Of a stretch of DNA of 64,000 nt, positions 24,051-36,098 are shown in pieces. The stretch's first letter is position 1; each line of letters starts with the position of its first letter. The DNA lies in contig NC_057719.1 of assembly GCF_004010195.1 (NCBI RefSeq), positions 79,683,579 to 79,747,578 on the forward strand, written 5' to 3'. The DNA comes from Chiloscyllium plagiosum. Taxonomy: Eukaryota. The notes below the pieces were generated by a model. The model was not told the DNA's origin, made no database searches, and saw only the letters and a list, made by a program, of their open reading frames with translations. Both the position numbers and the translations under genes were made by a program.

Positions 24051-26135
24051 TGTGGAACCTGGTACCTCCCTGACTCAAGCACACCAACTCTTTGGAGGGG
24101 AAAACAGAAGAGACCCGCTCCCCCAAATTAAAATGGTCCAGAAAGGGTTAATGGAGCATAGCCACTTGAAGCAGTTATATTTCACATAATGACTTTATCT
24201 TGCCAAGAGTAAGTCCACTAGCAGGAGGAACTGCTTTTCAACTATGACAATGCTTTAATGTTTACCTGTTGAATTTGGAACAACTTGTTCCTGACAATCT
24301 GGATGCGAGGAAACATAGTGTTCCTGAACTGTCAGCAGGGTTACAAATCACTGTGGTTTGCATAATGAGCACCGTTCTGACAGTCTTACTTAAACTCTAG
24401 CGCATGTACAGTAAATCACTTCATCAGAATCAAACTGGCATATAGTGCTAGACAGCCTCTCAAGGTGTTCAACGTATGGAGGAAGACTTGAGTGCAACTT
24501 TCAGGTGAAATGGGACAAGACATCATTTACTCTGCTCTTATGTTTGGAATGGGGATTCATCGGTCTATATTTACAAGGAAAGTAACTCACATAAACGTGA
24601 CTGCGCCCTCTCCCCTCTCTGAGATGATGGTGCAGCACTGTGACATGTTTACATGCAAAGTCTACAAGGTTTTACATGGTCAGCCCATTGCACTCGCTGT
24701 TCAAAATGCAGACTATTGCCTGCCCACAGACAAAGTGAAAGCTAGCTCTCTGTGCAAAATCCCAGATGGTTCACATCTATGTAGCCTGATCATTCATTCC
24801 TCTGTCGCTAGTGCTCTTCAGTCACTGCACATCCATTAACTCTTGCATTTACCTTTAAAACAGTGACCACAGTTCGGTGGTGAAACATTCCAAGGATGCG
24901 AAAGGTTTTACGCGAATGTTACTGATTTGTGCTCAACAACTGCCATATTGTAGATCTCCACTGTTAAAAGCCTATTAGTCTACCTCCCATTGCACTTGGC
25001 ACAGCCAAGGCTATTGGTTGAGCTTTCCCGTATTTTGGGTAAGTGGCATTTTCGGGAAGCTTCCTGGAGGATTTCCTGCTCTGGCCCATTTCCTCTCATG
25101 ATTTCCACGCTGCTCGCTTCATTCTTTTGCACTCACAATCCATGCTACTCTTCTTGTGCAATCAGCAGAGGGTGAAGTACTTGCTGCTGCTGAAACCTTG
25201 TGCCCATTTGTGCCAGAGGTGCCAACCTTTGAAGACTGGTTGTGCACCATCACTCTGAACTGCTGTTCATAACCTGCTGGCACTCGGCGTGGCTGAGAAG
25301 GGGCTGGGGGTGCCGGAGAGGGGGGGCTGCCCTCTTTCCTGTAGGCCAACATTGAAGGCCAGGTGCCAAACCCAACCTGCCTGCCTGGACTCAGATAGCA
25401 CCCAGGATCAGAGTCATTATGTTGTCCAACAGGGATGCACAGCAATGTCATGAGCAGGACAATGATCTTCTGTACTATGAAAGGGTCAATGCTCCCATCA
25501 TCTGTCTGTTACACCATACTCGCTCTAACTCCGGTACTGCAAGTACTTTCCATCTAATCTCATTGTCCATCACTTTCATCGGTGCGTGCATTTTGTCCAC
25601 TCAGCGGCTCTCAGTCACCACAACCTCCACAACTAGTACCCTTCCTGTCCTTTGACTAAATGACTATGCCATCCAAAGAGGCTGGCAACCTTCTTGTAAG
25701 TGCAAAGTAAATATGCTCTGACAACAGAAGCTAAGAGCCATAAGATGTGTCCCGTTCAGGTGCATAAGGTGGCCCTGGGCACAGGGAGACCTCACAGAAG
25801 CATGCAAGTCCCTGAATCTTCAAAGTGAAGTCCCAAAGGGCTGAAATGGGTTCTGGGTTGGTCCCAGATCAACCACGATGATGTGTTATGCTGGTGCTAA
25901 CTTCCTGGATGAAGGGTGGAGACTTTGCCTTCAGAGGGCACAATAAAATGTCAATGAATGGACCTGAACATGGAGACCCAGAAAGGCAGTGGGGGAGCTG
26001 TCTCCACCAGGTAACTGCTCAGACTTTCACATAGGCACCATTTAATCTCGCAGCGGTGCATGGGAGAGCCTCAAACTGCAGATAAATGAGGTGAGGCACG
26101 AAACGCAAATACAGGAAATGCTACTCACTAGCAAG

Positions 26136-26455
26136 GGGCGGCACGGTGGCTCAGTGCCCCACAGCACCAGGGACTTGGGTTCATTTCCAGCCTCGAGTGA
26201 CTGTGCACATTCTCTCCGTGTCTGCATGGGTTTCCTCCAGGTGCTCCGGTTTCCTCCCACAGTCCAAAGATGTGCAGATTAGGTGAATCGGCTGTGCTAA
26301 ATTGCCATAGTGTTTAGGGATGTGTAGGTTAGGTGCATGAGTTAGGGGTTTATGTAGAGTAGTAGGGAAATGGGTCTGGGTGGGTTACTCTCCGGAGGGT
26401 AAGTGCGGACTTGTTGGGCTGAAGGGCCTGTTTCCACACTGTAGGGATTCTGTGG
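26136..26455 (+). mobile_element. HE1 SINE with small deletions
   Basis: gggcggcacggtggctcagtg...ggtttcctcccacagtccaaagatgtgcag. Confidence 0.9.
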
Positions 26456-26639
26456 ATGGCTATGATTCCCATCTAGCCATTGAAAGCACAAAGAGAAACT
26501 CATGTGTTTCCTTCCCGCTGTTGAGCATCAGACCCTTGTTGGATTTTCCCAAATTTCTCACTATTGTCAATGCTGTACAAATGCTGGGAATATGCTGGCC
26601 AAAAGGAATTTCATGGTCAACCAGGCCATGTTGAGGAAG

Positions 26640-27350
26640 GTCAGTGGAGCTAAGAGTCTTCTATGAGCACATCAATAGTAAAGGGAGGACTAGAGCCAAT
26701 TGAGGACCACAAATGGAATTTACACATCGGAGTGTTGCTGAGGTGTTTGCATCTGTCTTTACCCAAGCCAGGCCGCTGTGGCAGGGGAGGGAAATCAGTC
26801 ATTAGAAGAGCTTAAGGAAGAGGTATTGGATAAGCTGTGGGTATCTACGGTTGATGAGGCATTGGGACTGGATGAGATGCATCCAAAGATAATGGAGGAA
26901 GTGAGAGTAGAAACTGCAGAGGCATTGGCCCTCATCTTCCCTGGAACTGAGCTGGTGCTAGAGGACTGGAGATTTACAACGTTACACGCTTCCTCAAACA
27001 GACTAGTCAGTTCAGTTTCAGTGGTAGGAAAATTCTAGAAACAATCACTTAGCATATAATTTATAGTCACACGAAAAGCTGTGGGTTGATTCAGAAGAGT
27101 CAGCATTGATTTGCTACGGGAAAATAACGAACCTTCTGGAGTTTTTGGAAGAGGTTACAGACAGGTTTGATAAGAGCAATGCTGTTGATGTGGTGTAGAT
27201 GGACTTTCAGAATGGGTCCAAATCCTTGCCACACAACAGACGTAGGAGGAGAGTTATAGGTCGTGGAATAAAATGGATAGTAACATCGTAGATACAAAAT
27301 TAACTGAGTGATAGGAAAAAGTGTAATTGTTAATGGGTTGATGGTAATGG
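26640..27350 (+). mobile_element. Degenerate CR1 ORF2 internal fragment
   Basis: DEALGLDEMHPKIMEEVRVETAEALALIF...EDWR; SQH*F; FLEEVTDRFDKSNAVDVV*MDF. Confidence 0.75.
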
Positions 27351-27374
27351 CAGAGTGAGGGGTATGCCAGATCA

Positions 27375-27600
27375 TGAGGTTGCAGACTTCATGAGACAAG
27401 CAATTCTCTCCTAACTATATGCCACTATACTGCTATTCTGGTGGTGTCTGGAACATTGTCTGTAAGGCACATTATAGGGGCAGGCTATTGCTTGATTAGT
27501 GTGTGAGACAGCTCTCCCAATTTTACAGCCTCACTCTGAGATGTTAACAAGGAGGATTTGGCAGTGTCAACAGGGCTGAGTCTGCATTGTGGTTTCCGTG
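27375..27600 (-). mobile_element. LINE APE-endonuclease N-terminal remnant (second family)
   Basis: Minus-strand frame gives KLGELSHTLIKQ*P and YLTDNVPDTT-like segments. Confidence 0.5.
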
Positions 27601-27815
27601 CCTATGTTGATGCTGGGGATCTATACATTTCAGTGTCTTTGTAGTGAAACATGGAAATATAGAAATATAGAAAGTAGGTGCAGGAGTAGGCCATTTGGTC
27701 CTTCGAGCCTGCCCCACCATTCAATCTGATCATGGCTGATCATGCTATCTCAGTATCCCACTTTCGCTTTCCCTCCAAGTCCCTTGACCCCTTTCGTCAC
27801 AAGGGCCAAGTCCAG

Positions 27816-28876
27816 GAGACCATGAGACAAAAGAGTGGACGTAAGGCCATTCAGCCCATTGAGTCCACTCCGCCATTCAGTCATGGCTGATGGGTATTTC
27901 GATGCCACTTACCCGCGCTCTCCCTGTATCCCTTAATTGCTTGCGAGATTAAGAATTTATCAATCTCTGCCTTGAAGACAGTTAACATCCCAGCCTCCAC
28001 TGCACTCTGTGGCAATGAATTCCACAGGCCCACCACTCTCTGGCTGAAGAAATGTCTCCTCATTTCCGTTCTACATTGACCCCCTCTAATTTTAAGGCTG
28101 TGCCCATGGGTCCTAGTATCCCCGCCTGACAGAAACAAATTCTCAGCATCCATCCTTTCTAAGCCATGTATTATCTTGTAAGTTTCTATTAGATCTCCCC
28201 TCAACCTTCTAAACTCGAATGAAAACAATCCCAAGATCCTCAGCTGTTAGGCCTACCATTCCAGGGATCATCCGTGTGGATCTCCGCTGGACACGCTCCA
28301 GTGCCAGTCTGTCCTTCCTGAGGTGTGGGGCCCAAAGCTGGACACAGTATTCTAAATGGGGCCTAATCAGAGCTTTATAAAGTCTTAATACCACATCGCT
28401 GCTTTTATATTCCAACCCTCTTGAGATAAATGACAACATTACATTTGCTTTCTTCACCACGGACTCAACCTGCAAGTCAACCTTTAGAGAATACTGGACT
28501 AGTACTCCCAGATCCATTTGTACTTTGGCTTTATGTATTTTTTCACCGTTTTGAAAATAGTCCATGCCTGCATCCTTTTTTCCAAAGTGCAAGATCTTGC
28601 ACTTGCTCACATTGAATTTCATCAGCCATTTCCTGGACCACTCTCCCTAAACTGTCTAAATCTTTCTGCAGCCTCCCTACCTCCTCAGAACGACCTGCCT
28701 GTCCACCTAACTTCGTATCATCGGCGAACTTTGCCAAAATCCCCCAATCTCTTCATCCAGAGCATTAATATCTAAAGTGACCAGCTGGGGCCCCAACACT
28801 GAACCCGGCAGGACACCTCTTGTCACTAGCTGCCATTCTGAAAAAGAACCTTTTATCCCAACTCTCTGCCTTAGTT
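27816..28876 (-). mobile_element. Younger CR1 inserted in the CR1; 9-bp TSD
   Basis: caagtccag at 27807-27815 and 28877-28885; KFADDTKLGG, MKFNVSKCKILHFG, RPHLEYCVQLWAPHLRKD. Confidence 0.92.
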
Positions 28877-29184
28877 CAAGTCCAGTTCGCTCTTGAACAT
28901 ATCTAATGAACTGGCCCCAACACCTTTCTGTTGGAGAGAATTCCACAGCTTCACAACTCTCTGAAAGACAAAATTCCTCCTAATCTCATTCTTAAATGAC
29001 TTGCCCCTTATTCTTCGTCTGTAACCCCTAGTTCTGGACTTGCCCAACATCTTCCCACATCTAGCCTGTCCAGTCCCATCAGGATTTTATATGTTTCTAT
29101 GAGATCACCCCTCTATCTTCTAGTGAGTACAAGCCCAGTCGATCCAATCTTTCTTCATATGTCAGTCCTGCCATCCTGGGAATC

Positions 29185-29731
29185 CGAAAAGACCACTCCC
29201 TTCGTGACTCCCTCGTCAGGTCCACACCCCCCACCAACCCATCCTCCACTCCCGGCACCTTCCCCTGCAACCGCAAGAAATGCAAAACTTGCGCCCACAC
29301 CTCCCCCCTCACTTCCCTCCAAGGCCCCAAGGGATCCTTCCATNNNNNNNNNNNNNNNNNNNNNNNNNNNNNNNNNNNNNNNNNNNNNNNNNNNNNNNNN
29401 NNNNNNNNNNNNNNNNNNNNNNNNNNNNNNNNNNNNNNNNNNNNNNNNNNNNNNNNNNNNNNNNNNNNNNNNNNNNNNNNNNNNNNNNNNNNNNNNNNNN
29501 NNNNNNNNNNNNNNNNNNNNNNNNNACCCCGGCCTATCACCCTCACCTTAACCTCCTTCCACCTATCGCATTTCCAACGCCCCTCCCCCAAGTCCCTCCT
29601 CCCTACCTTTTATCTTAGCCTGCTGGACACACTTTCCTCATTCCTGAAGAAGGACTTATGCCCAAAACGTTAATTCTCCTGTTCCTTGGATGCTGCCTGA
29701 CCTGCTGCGCTTTTCCAGCAACACATTTTCA
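29185..29731 (+). mobile_element. 5'-truncated Penelope family A element spanning an N gap; 12-bp TSD
   Basis: RKDHSLRDSLVRS...GTFPCNRKKCKTC Cys-linker, pLTR at about 29640-29731, atcctgggaatc at 29173-29184 and 29732-29743. Confidence 0.9.
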
Positions 29732-30244
29732 ATCCTGGGAATCAGCCTGGCGAACCTTTGCTGGAATCTTACAGTAGCAAGAATGTCCTTCCTCAGGCTA
29801 GGAGACCAAAACTGCACACCGTACACAAGGCTTGGCCTCACCATGGCTGCAGCAAGGCAATCTTACTGTGATACTCAAATCTTCTCATTGTGAAGGCCAG
29901 CATACCATTAGCTTTCCTCACTGCCAACCCTGAACAACTGCTCCACCCTAACACCGGGACCTCATTGCACTTCGCCTTTTCCTACAATGCCACCATTCAG
30001 ATAATAATCTGCCTTATGCTTTTGCCACCAAAGTGGATAATTTATCAGATTTATCCATGTTATGTTGCACTTGCCAAGTATTTGCCCACTCAGCCAGCCC
30101 GTCTAAGTCACCCCACAGCCTCTTAGCGTCCTCCTCACAGCACACACTGCCACCCAGCTTAGTGCCGTCTGGCAAATTTGGAGGTATTGCATTGAATTCC
30201 TTCATCCGAATGGTTAATGTATATTGTGAACAGCTGTGCTCCCA

Positions 30245-30460
30245 GCTGTGGTTTGATACAATAAGTGGTGGCTAGGCCATCTCAGACAACAGGTAAAAGT
30301 CAACCACATTGCCATGGCTCTGGTGTGGCATGTAGGTCTGGGAGGGATAGCAGACTTGTCATCGATAGATTGTTAATTCCAGATGTTTTTAAAAAATCAA
30401 ATTTCGCCATCTGGGATGGTGGGATTCAAACCCAGGTCCCCAGAACATAGCCCAGAAACA
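30245..30460 (-). mobile_element. tRNA-SINE fragment (family of 33620-33967)
   Basis: caaccacattgc...tctgg...catgtaggtc and gggattcaaacccaggtccccagaaca match that family. Confidence 0.6.
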
Positions 30461-30688
30461 ATCTCACCACACTATTTTCTCTCCTTATCTAATTCTCATT
30501 TGAAAACCACAATCGAAGCTGCCCCCATTTAAAATTCTCGCTATTCGTTGCCTTGATATTTTTATAATCCACTTGTTAAGAGATATTATTACAGACCTCA
30601 GGAGCATGTGGCTCTTCCAAGACAGAGAAGAACCCCTTAACGCCCTGTAGCATTAACAAAGTTCCCCTCATTGGGCCATTGTTGTTTT

Positions 30689-30812
30689 CTGATGAAGGGT
30701 TTATGCCCGAAACGTTAATTCTCCTGCTCTTCGGATGCTGCCTGAGCGATTGTGCTTTTCCAGCATCACACTTTTCGACTCTGATCTGCAGCACCTGCAG
30801 TCCTCACTTTCC
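30689..30812 (+). mobile_element. Solo Penelope family A pLTR with hammerhead core; 13-bp TSD
   Basis: CUGAUGA-A-GGGU-UUAU-GCCC-GAAA-CGUU at 30689-30716; cc(a/g)ttgttgtttt at 30676-30688 and 30813-30825. Confidence 0.85.
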
Positions 30813-30824
30813 CCGTTGTTGTTT

Positions 30825-32230
30825 TGCCAATCAGCGTCCACTGGTGGTCTTAATCACTCCACCAAAGGGATCAGGTTTTCTACGCTGAGTGGATCACTCA
30901 TGATTTTGAACATTCCTATCAAATTTCCTTTCAACTTTATCTTTTTGAAGGTGAATAACTCCCATTTACCCAACTGAATTCCCTCACCCCGGAACTATTC
31001 ACATCAATCATTTCTCCATGAAGCCCAAGTTGTGGTGTCCAGAATAAGACATACTTCTCCAGCTGAGGCTGAATCTGTGTTCTGTTAAAGGTTCATTGTA
31101 ACTTTCTTGTTTTTGCACTCTGTTCCTCTCTGTATAAAGCCCGGGGCCCTGTTTGTAACTTTGAACTATATCCTCAACCCGCACTTCCACTTTCGATAAT
31201 TTGTGTGCATTTACCTCAAGGTCTCTACGTTCCTGCAGTGCACCTTTACCTCCTCTTGTTCTTTCTACTAAAATGCATCCCTTCAGATCCATGTGCTTTA
31301 AATTTCAGCTGCCACATGTCCACCCATTTATACCCTTCCGATGGTGATCACTATCCTTCTCATAATTTACTTTGTTACACGAGCACATTTTCAAGTATCC
31401 TCAAGTCCTTAGATGATACAGATCAATGCAGGTTGTGCAACCTGGAAGAACAAGGTGACTGACATATCTAGCTGGGATTGGGCAATCCACCCCAAGGCTG
31501 GCAAATGCCTCTAAATGCCCATAAATGCAGTATTTTGCACGTGGGTAGAAGAAAGCTAAGCATTAACAATGTTGATTGCTTCAATGACCTAGCTGTTACA
31601 GCACATTAATCTCAGAAAGTTCACAACCAATGCCTCGAGGCTATTGCAAAAGCAAATAAGAGTGTTAAGATGTATTGCCAGGACAATTAAATGTAATACT
31701 TTGTTATACTGGCAACATTGGAACAGGCATTAGCTACTTACCACCTCCCTTCTTCAAACTCGTTCTGCCATTCAATGGCTGATCTTAACATAACTTCATA
31801 AAAGTGCCTTTGCGTCATATCCCTTAATACCTTTGATTAGCAAAAACCTATCAATCTCAGATCTAAAATTAATGATTGACAGCGTCTACTACCATTTGCA
31901 GAAATAGTTCCAACTTCTACCAGCATTTGCAAGTACTTCACCTTTGAAAGGTCTGGCTCTGATATTTAGACAATGCTCACTCGTCTGAGACACCATGAAC
32001 AGCAATAATGATTTCTATTTACCCAATATGGTCCCCTTAGTATCTTGAAATATTGTCATTGTACAAGGTCATGGTTGGGGCTCACCTCTAGTATGGCATC
32101 CAGTTTTGGTCTCCACGCATTGTGCACAATTTAGTCTCTGGATATGTATCATGGCAATGAATCAAATCCCTAAATATTTATGGATATGTGTTTCTTAAGA
32201 AGAGGAGCACTACAAATAACAAGGTATAAA
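30825..32230. mobile_element. Cluster of old CR1 fragments on both strands
   Basis: Minus: LQERRDLEVNAHKLSKV; plus: cagttttggtctcca (QFWSP); reverse CR1 tail at about 31715-32055. Confidence 0.65.
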
Positions 32231-32343
32231 TTCAGTTACTGTCTGGGAGAGCCCATGGAATTGTCTCATCTGTACAGAGACGGTGAGGCTTCAGCAGAAA
32301 CACTCAGAAAGCAAACATAATGAGAGGCTAGCTACCCTTGGGG

Positions 32344-32697
32344 ATGGCACGATGGCTCAGTGGTTAGCACTGCTGCCTCACAGCATTGGGGATTGGTTTC
32401 GATTCCAGCCTTGGGTGATTGTTTGTGTAAAGTTTGCATATTCTCCCCGTGTCAACATGGGTTTCCTCTAGTTACTCTAGTTTCCTCCCACAATCCAAAG
32501 ATGTGCAGGTTAGGTGGATTGGCCATGCTAAATTGCCCACATTGTCTAGGGATACGCAGGTTGGGAGGGTTAGCAATGGGAAATGCAGCATCACTGGGAT
32601 AGAGTAGGGTGGTGGGTCAGAGTGAGATGCTTTTTGGAGGGTCGGTGTGAACTTGATGGCCGAATGGCCTGCTTTCACACTGTAGGGATTCTATGAT
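32344..32697 (+). mobile_element. HE1 SINE
   Basis: tRNA head, V domain and gggattctatgat tail. Confidence 0.9.
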
Positions 32698-33619
32698 ACC
32701 CACTCCCCTCTCAGCAATGAAGCCACTTGCAAGCATGTTTACACTTTATTCTCTCAGGGATGCAAAAACAACGTTCAAAACCAACTTCAACCCTGGCCCA
32801 TATAAGTTAGTGGCCTTTGGACAATTGTTCTGCAATGGTCACATTTTGAGAACAGCCATTAAGCATCCTTGCACTGCAGGCAAATAAAGGTCAAAGTATT
32901 CTCTCAGTCTGAATGCTGTCACACAGTCAGGAACCTGGACAAAAGAACTTCAATAACGTCAAACCAAAGAATCTTCATATTGACTACTCAACCATCAATG
33001 TCAACGCTTCCAGTACCATTGCATATAATGAAACAGTATTCTACTTTCTGTTCCTCATGAATAACTCAGAGACTAGGTTATTCTAATATTGTTCTTATAT
33101 TTATTTTTCGTTGAGCTCAATTCTTATTCCTCATCTGAGTGTCAGTGAATTGCATTATTATTAGTTAGTAACCAATGAACTCACTCTTCTGTTAACTCAA
33201 GAAAGCCTGCTTGAGTTGGTTGCGTTTGTAATGTAAATTAATTTATTTTGGGAGAAAGGTATCTACCTTATTGGGAACATTCAAAGAGATGGAGGAAATG
33301 TGAAGTTAACTGGAGTGGGAGATCAGGAAACATAAGTGTAAGCCACATGAGCAATGAACCAGGTGAGATGTCAAATAAATTTGATTGCGGTCAAAGATGG
33401 GCACAAGGAGCACACAATGTACTCACATCAACATTGCGTTGTGCGCTAATTTAAGTGATATCTGCATTCAACAACAATAACTGCGCTGTTCATTGCCTGG
33501 ATGTATCAACAGGTGGCCAACATTATGAATGGCTGGTACCTCTTCAAGCTAATTTAAAACCAAGCTATCACTCTCACCACGGAGGGACACTATATCTGGA
33601 GTTGGGAGTTGCGATTGTT

Positions 33620-33967
33620 TTAAATTCATTCATGAGATGAGGGCATCACTGGCCATGCCAGCCTTTATTGTCCATCCCTAATTGGCCAGAGGGCAATTAA
33701 GAGTCAACTACCTCACTGTGGGTCTGGAGTGACATACAGGCCAGACAAAGATGGCAGTTTCCTTCCCTCAAAGACATTAGTATAACTGATGGATTTTTCT
33801 GACAATTGATTATAGTTTTATGGTCATTATTTGATTCCTAACTTCAGACTTTCATTGGATTCAAATTCCACCATCTGCCATGTGAGATTTGAACCCAAGT
33901 CCCAGGAGTGTTACCAGAGTCTGTGGATTAACATTCCTGGGACAATACCACTAGGCCATCACCTCCC
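33620..33967 (-). mobile_element. tRNA-derived SINE with an (ATGA)n LINE-like tail
   Basis: Minus strand starts gggaggtgatggcctagtgg (A box) with gggttcaaatc (B box); the 3' end matches the tail of the LINE at 15705 and 53905. Confidence 0.75.
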
Positions 33968-34014
33968 CTGCTTGCGGAAAATCTGACCTGAGAAAACGTG
34001 ATGAATGCCACAAC

Positions 34015-34540
34015 ATGGAGCAGACTCCAACATCTCCACATGCAGCACTGAAAGATCTTGGTCATGGGTCTGAAAGGATGAGAAATATTCTGCATCGGTG
34101 GAGGGACATCAAAAAACAATATGAGCTGTGCAAATCAGATGTCAAGCCCAAGGAACCTGGATGCAGTGCTGCAAGAAGATCAAAGACCTCGTACAAACAG
34201 TCAAGGTCAGTGAGTGCCATGTCGTACCAGTTACACCACTGATCTCACACACTGGTCGATTCAGCCACCACACCCCCACTACTCACCCACTGGCAATCTC
34301 CATCAAGCAGATCACATTGCTAACTTTCCTATTTTGCACCTTACCCCATGCAGTTAGAATTGCTGGAAGCCTCACATCCACATTTCAAAGTGTACGCACA
34401 ATGCCAGTAAATCAATCAAAGTGGCCACACAGCTCAGATTGTAGAGCACTCACTAGTGTAGATTTTCCTCCCTCAGCAGGAGGTAGTAGGAGCTAACTGG
34501 AGGCCAAGGCCTTCCAGATGTCCTTAACCCCACAAAATAG
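34015..34540 (+). pseudogene. Decayed Harbinger transposon Myb/SANT-like (trihelix) DNA-binding gene
   Basis: TPTSPHAALKDLGHGSERMRNIL, then frameshifted GTWMQCCKKIKDLVQTVK, donor-like aag|gtcagt, later ELTGG. Confidence 0.6.
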
Positions 34541-34944
34541 CCTGTAAAGGCTGGAATACTAGAGTAGCCATTGCTGAGACCATCATGAAGGTGTGAATGC
34601 CTGGGAAAAGCTTATCAGAGATTCTTCCATGGCACGTGGACATCAATGGCAAGGCCAGTATTGGTTGCCTATCCTTAATTGCACTTGAACTGATTGGCTT
34701 GACAGGCCATTTTACAGTGGCCACCAAAGGATGGTAAGGTCTGGAATGCACTGTCAGGGAGGGTAGTTGAGGTGGGAGTTGGAAAGTGTGGCGCTGGAAA
34801 AGCACAGCAGGTCAGGATTGTTATCGCACTGATGTCTGGATGAACTAGGTTTGTAGGAAAAGCCTTGAAGTTGGCATAAGGTCCAGCATAGACCAGTTGG
34901 GTTAAATACCCTGTTTCAGTACCGTACATTCAATGCCATTCTAG

Positions 34945-35390
34945 GTAAATTTAGATTTAGGTCTTGGTTTTATTGTCACGTGCACTCAAGTATGAGGTAC
35001 AAGAGTACAGTGAAAAATGTACAACGTCGCACACATGGTGCTTGTATCTTAGATACAAGTACCTCGGTACAAACTCTTAGCTATGGATGTAAAAAAAAGA
35101 AATAAGTTAAGAAGTTCAACACTACAGGCTCTGAGGATAAAAGTGGAAAAGTAACGAAGTTAATTTAAAAAGTCAAGAATTACAGTCCTTTCTTAAGCCC
35201 TGGGCCTGCGGACGCTCCAAGCTGGTCTTTCCCCAAGAGGACTTTTCTCCCCACCCCACGTTGGGTATGTTTTCACCCACCCATGCTTGCCAGTTGCTTT
35301 CACCACTGGCTGCTGCTGCTGACTTCCATTGGGCACACCAGGCTTCACCGCCACTCGCAAGGCTTGTGTGATCACTATTGGGAGTATGGG
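34945..35390 (-). mobile_element. Non-autonomous retroposon with Rex1/RTE-like tail
   Basis: ttttattgtcacgtgcactcaagta...tacagtgaaaa is the reverse complement of the tail at 38900-38980. Confidence 0.5.
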
Positions 35391-36098
35391 TTTGGGTGTG
35401 GGGTATCAGGAATGAGTTTCTTCACTCCACCCCACCCCAGCTGAGCTCCACTCCTTTGCCCAAAAAACTGTACGATTGATAGCCAAATGGGTGGCGTCAT
35501 TCCTGGTGAATACAATCTGGGTCAACCAAACATTCTAGGGAAGGAATTATAAGCCCAAAGAGGAAATGATGGGAGGGGAGAACCAACACAACATTGAGAC
35601 TTTAACCCGGTTTACGAGGAATTCTGTGTTTTTTTATTGTCGATGTTCCTACAAAGTTACAAGTCATATAACTTGACAAAAGGTTAACCTCCAGAAATTC
35701 ACTATTTTATTGGTTGACTTGTAAAACCAGCCGATGTAAAATCTAGACACAGTAACCTAAAATGCTAATTGGATAACAATGGTAAAGCATTCAGCATGCT
35801 CCATATAGCAGTTCACACCACAATGTTGGAATGCCACTGTTTACTTTTCCTCACTAAACTTCCAGACAATGAGATTTCATTCCGAGCACCTTTTGCTGTT
35901 GTAAAGCACTTTGAGACAATTCTTTTCCACAGAAGGCATGATGTAAATTAAAAGTTTTGGCCTTGAAAACGTTTCATTCAATATACTGGCAGATTACTCA
36001 ACTGAAAGACGCAAACATGTTCAGACCTTTCCTGAGTGTCTGTAGTTGGGTGATAAGGTGGAATATTTTGTCCAGCTCTTGACTAAGTCTGCAACTGG

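Larger units (their letters stand above)
27645..30240 (-). mobile_element. Host CR1 LINE interrupted by a younger CR1 and a Penelope element
   Basis: Tail at 27645-27815; resumes at 28877; RPSLVYGVQFWSPSLRKDIL and DGTKLGGSVCCEEDAKRL in the ORF track. Confidence 0.85.
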
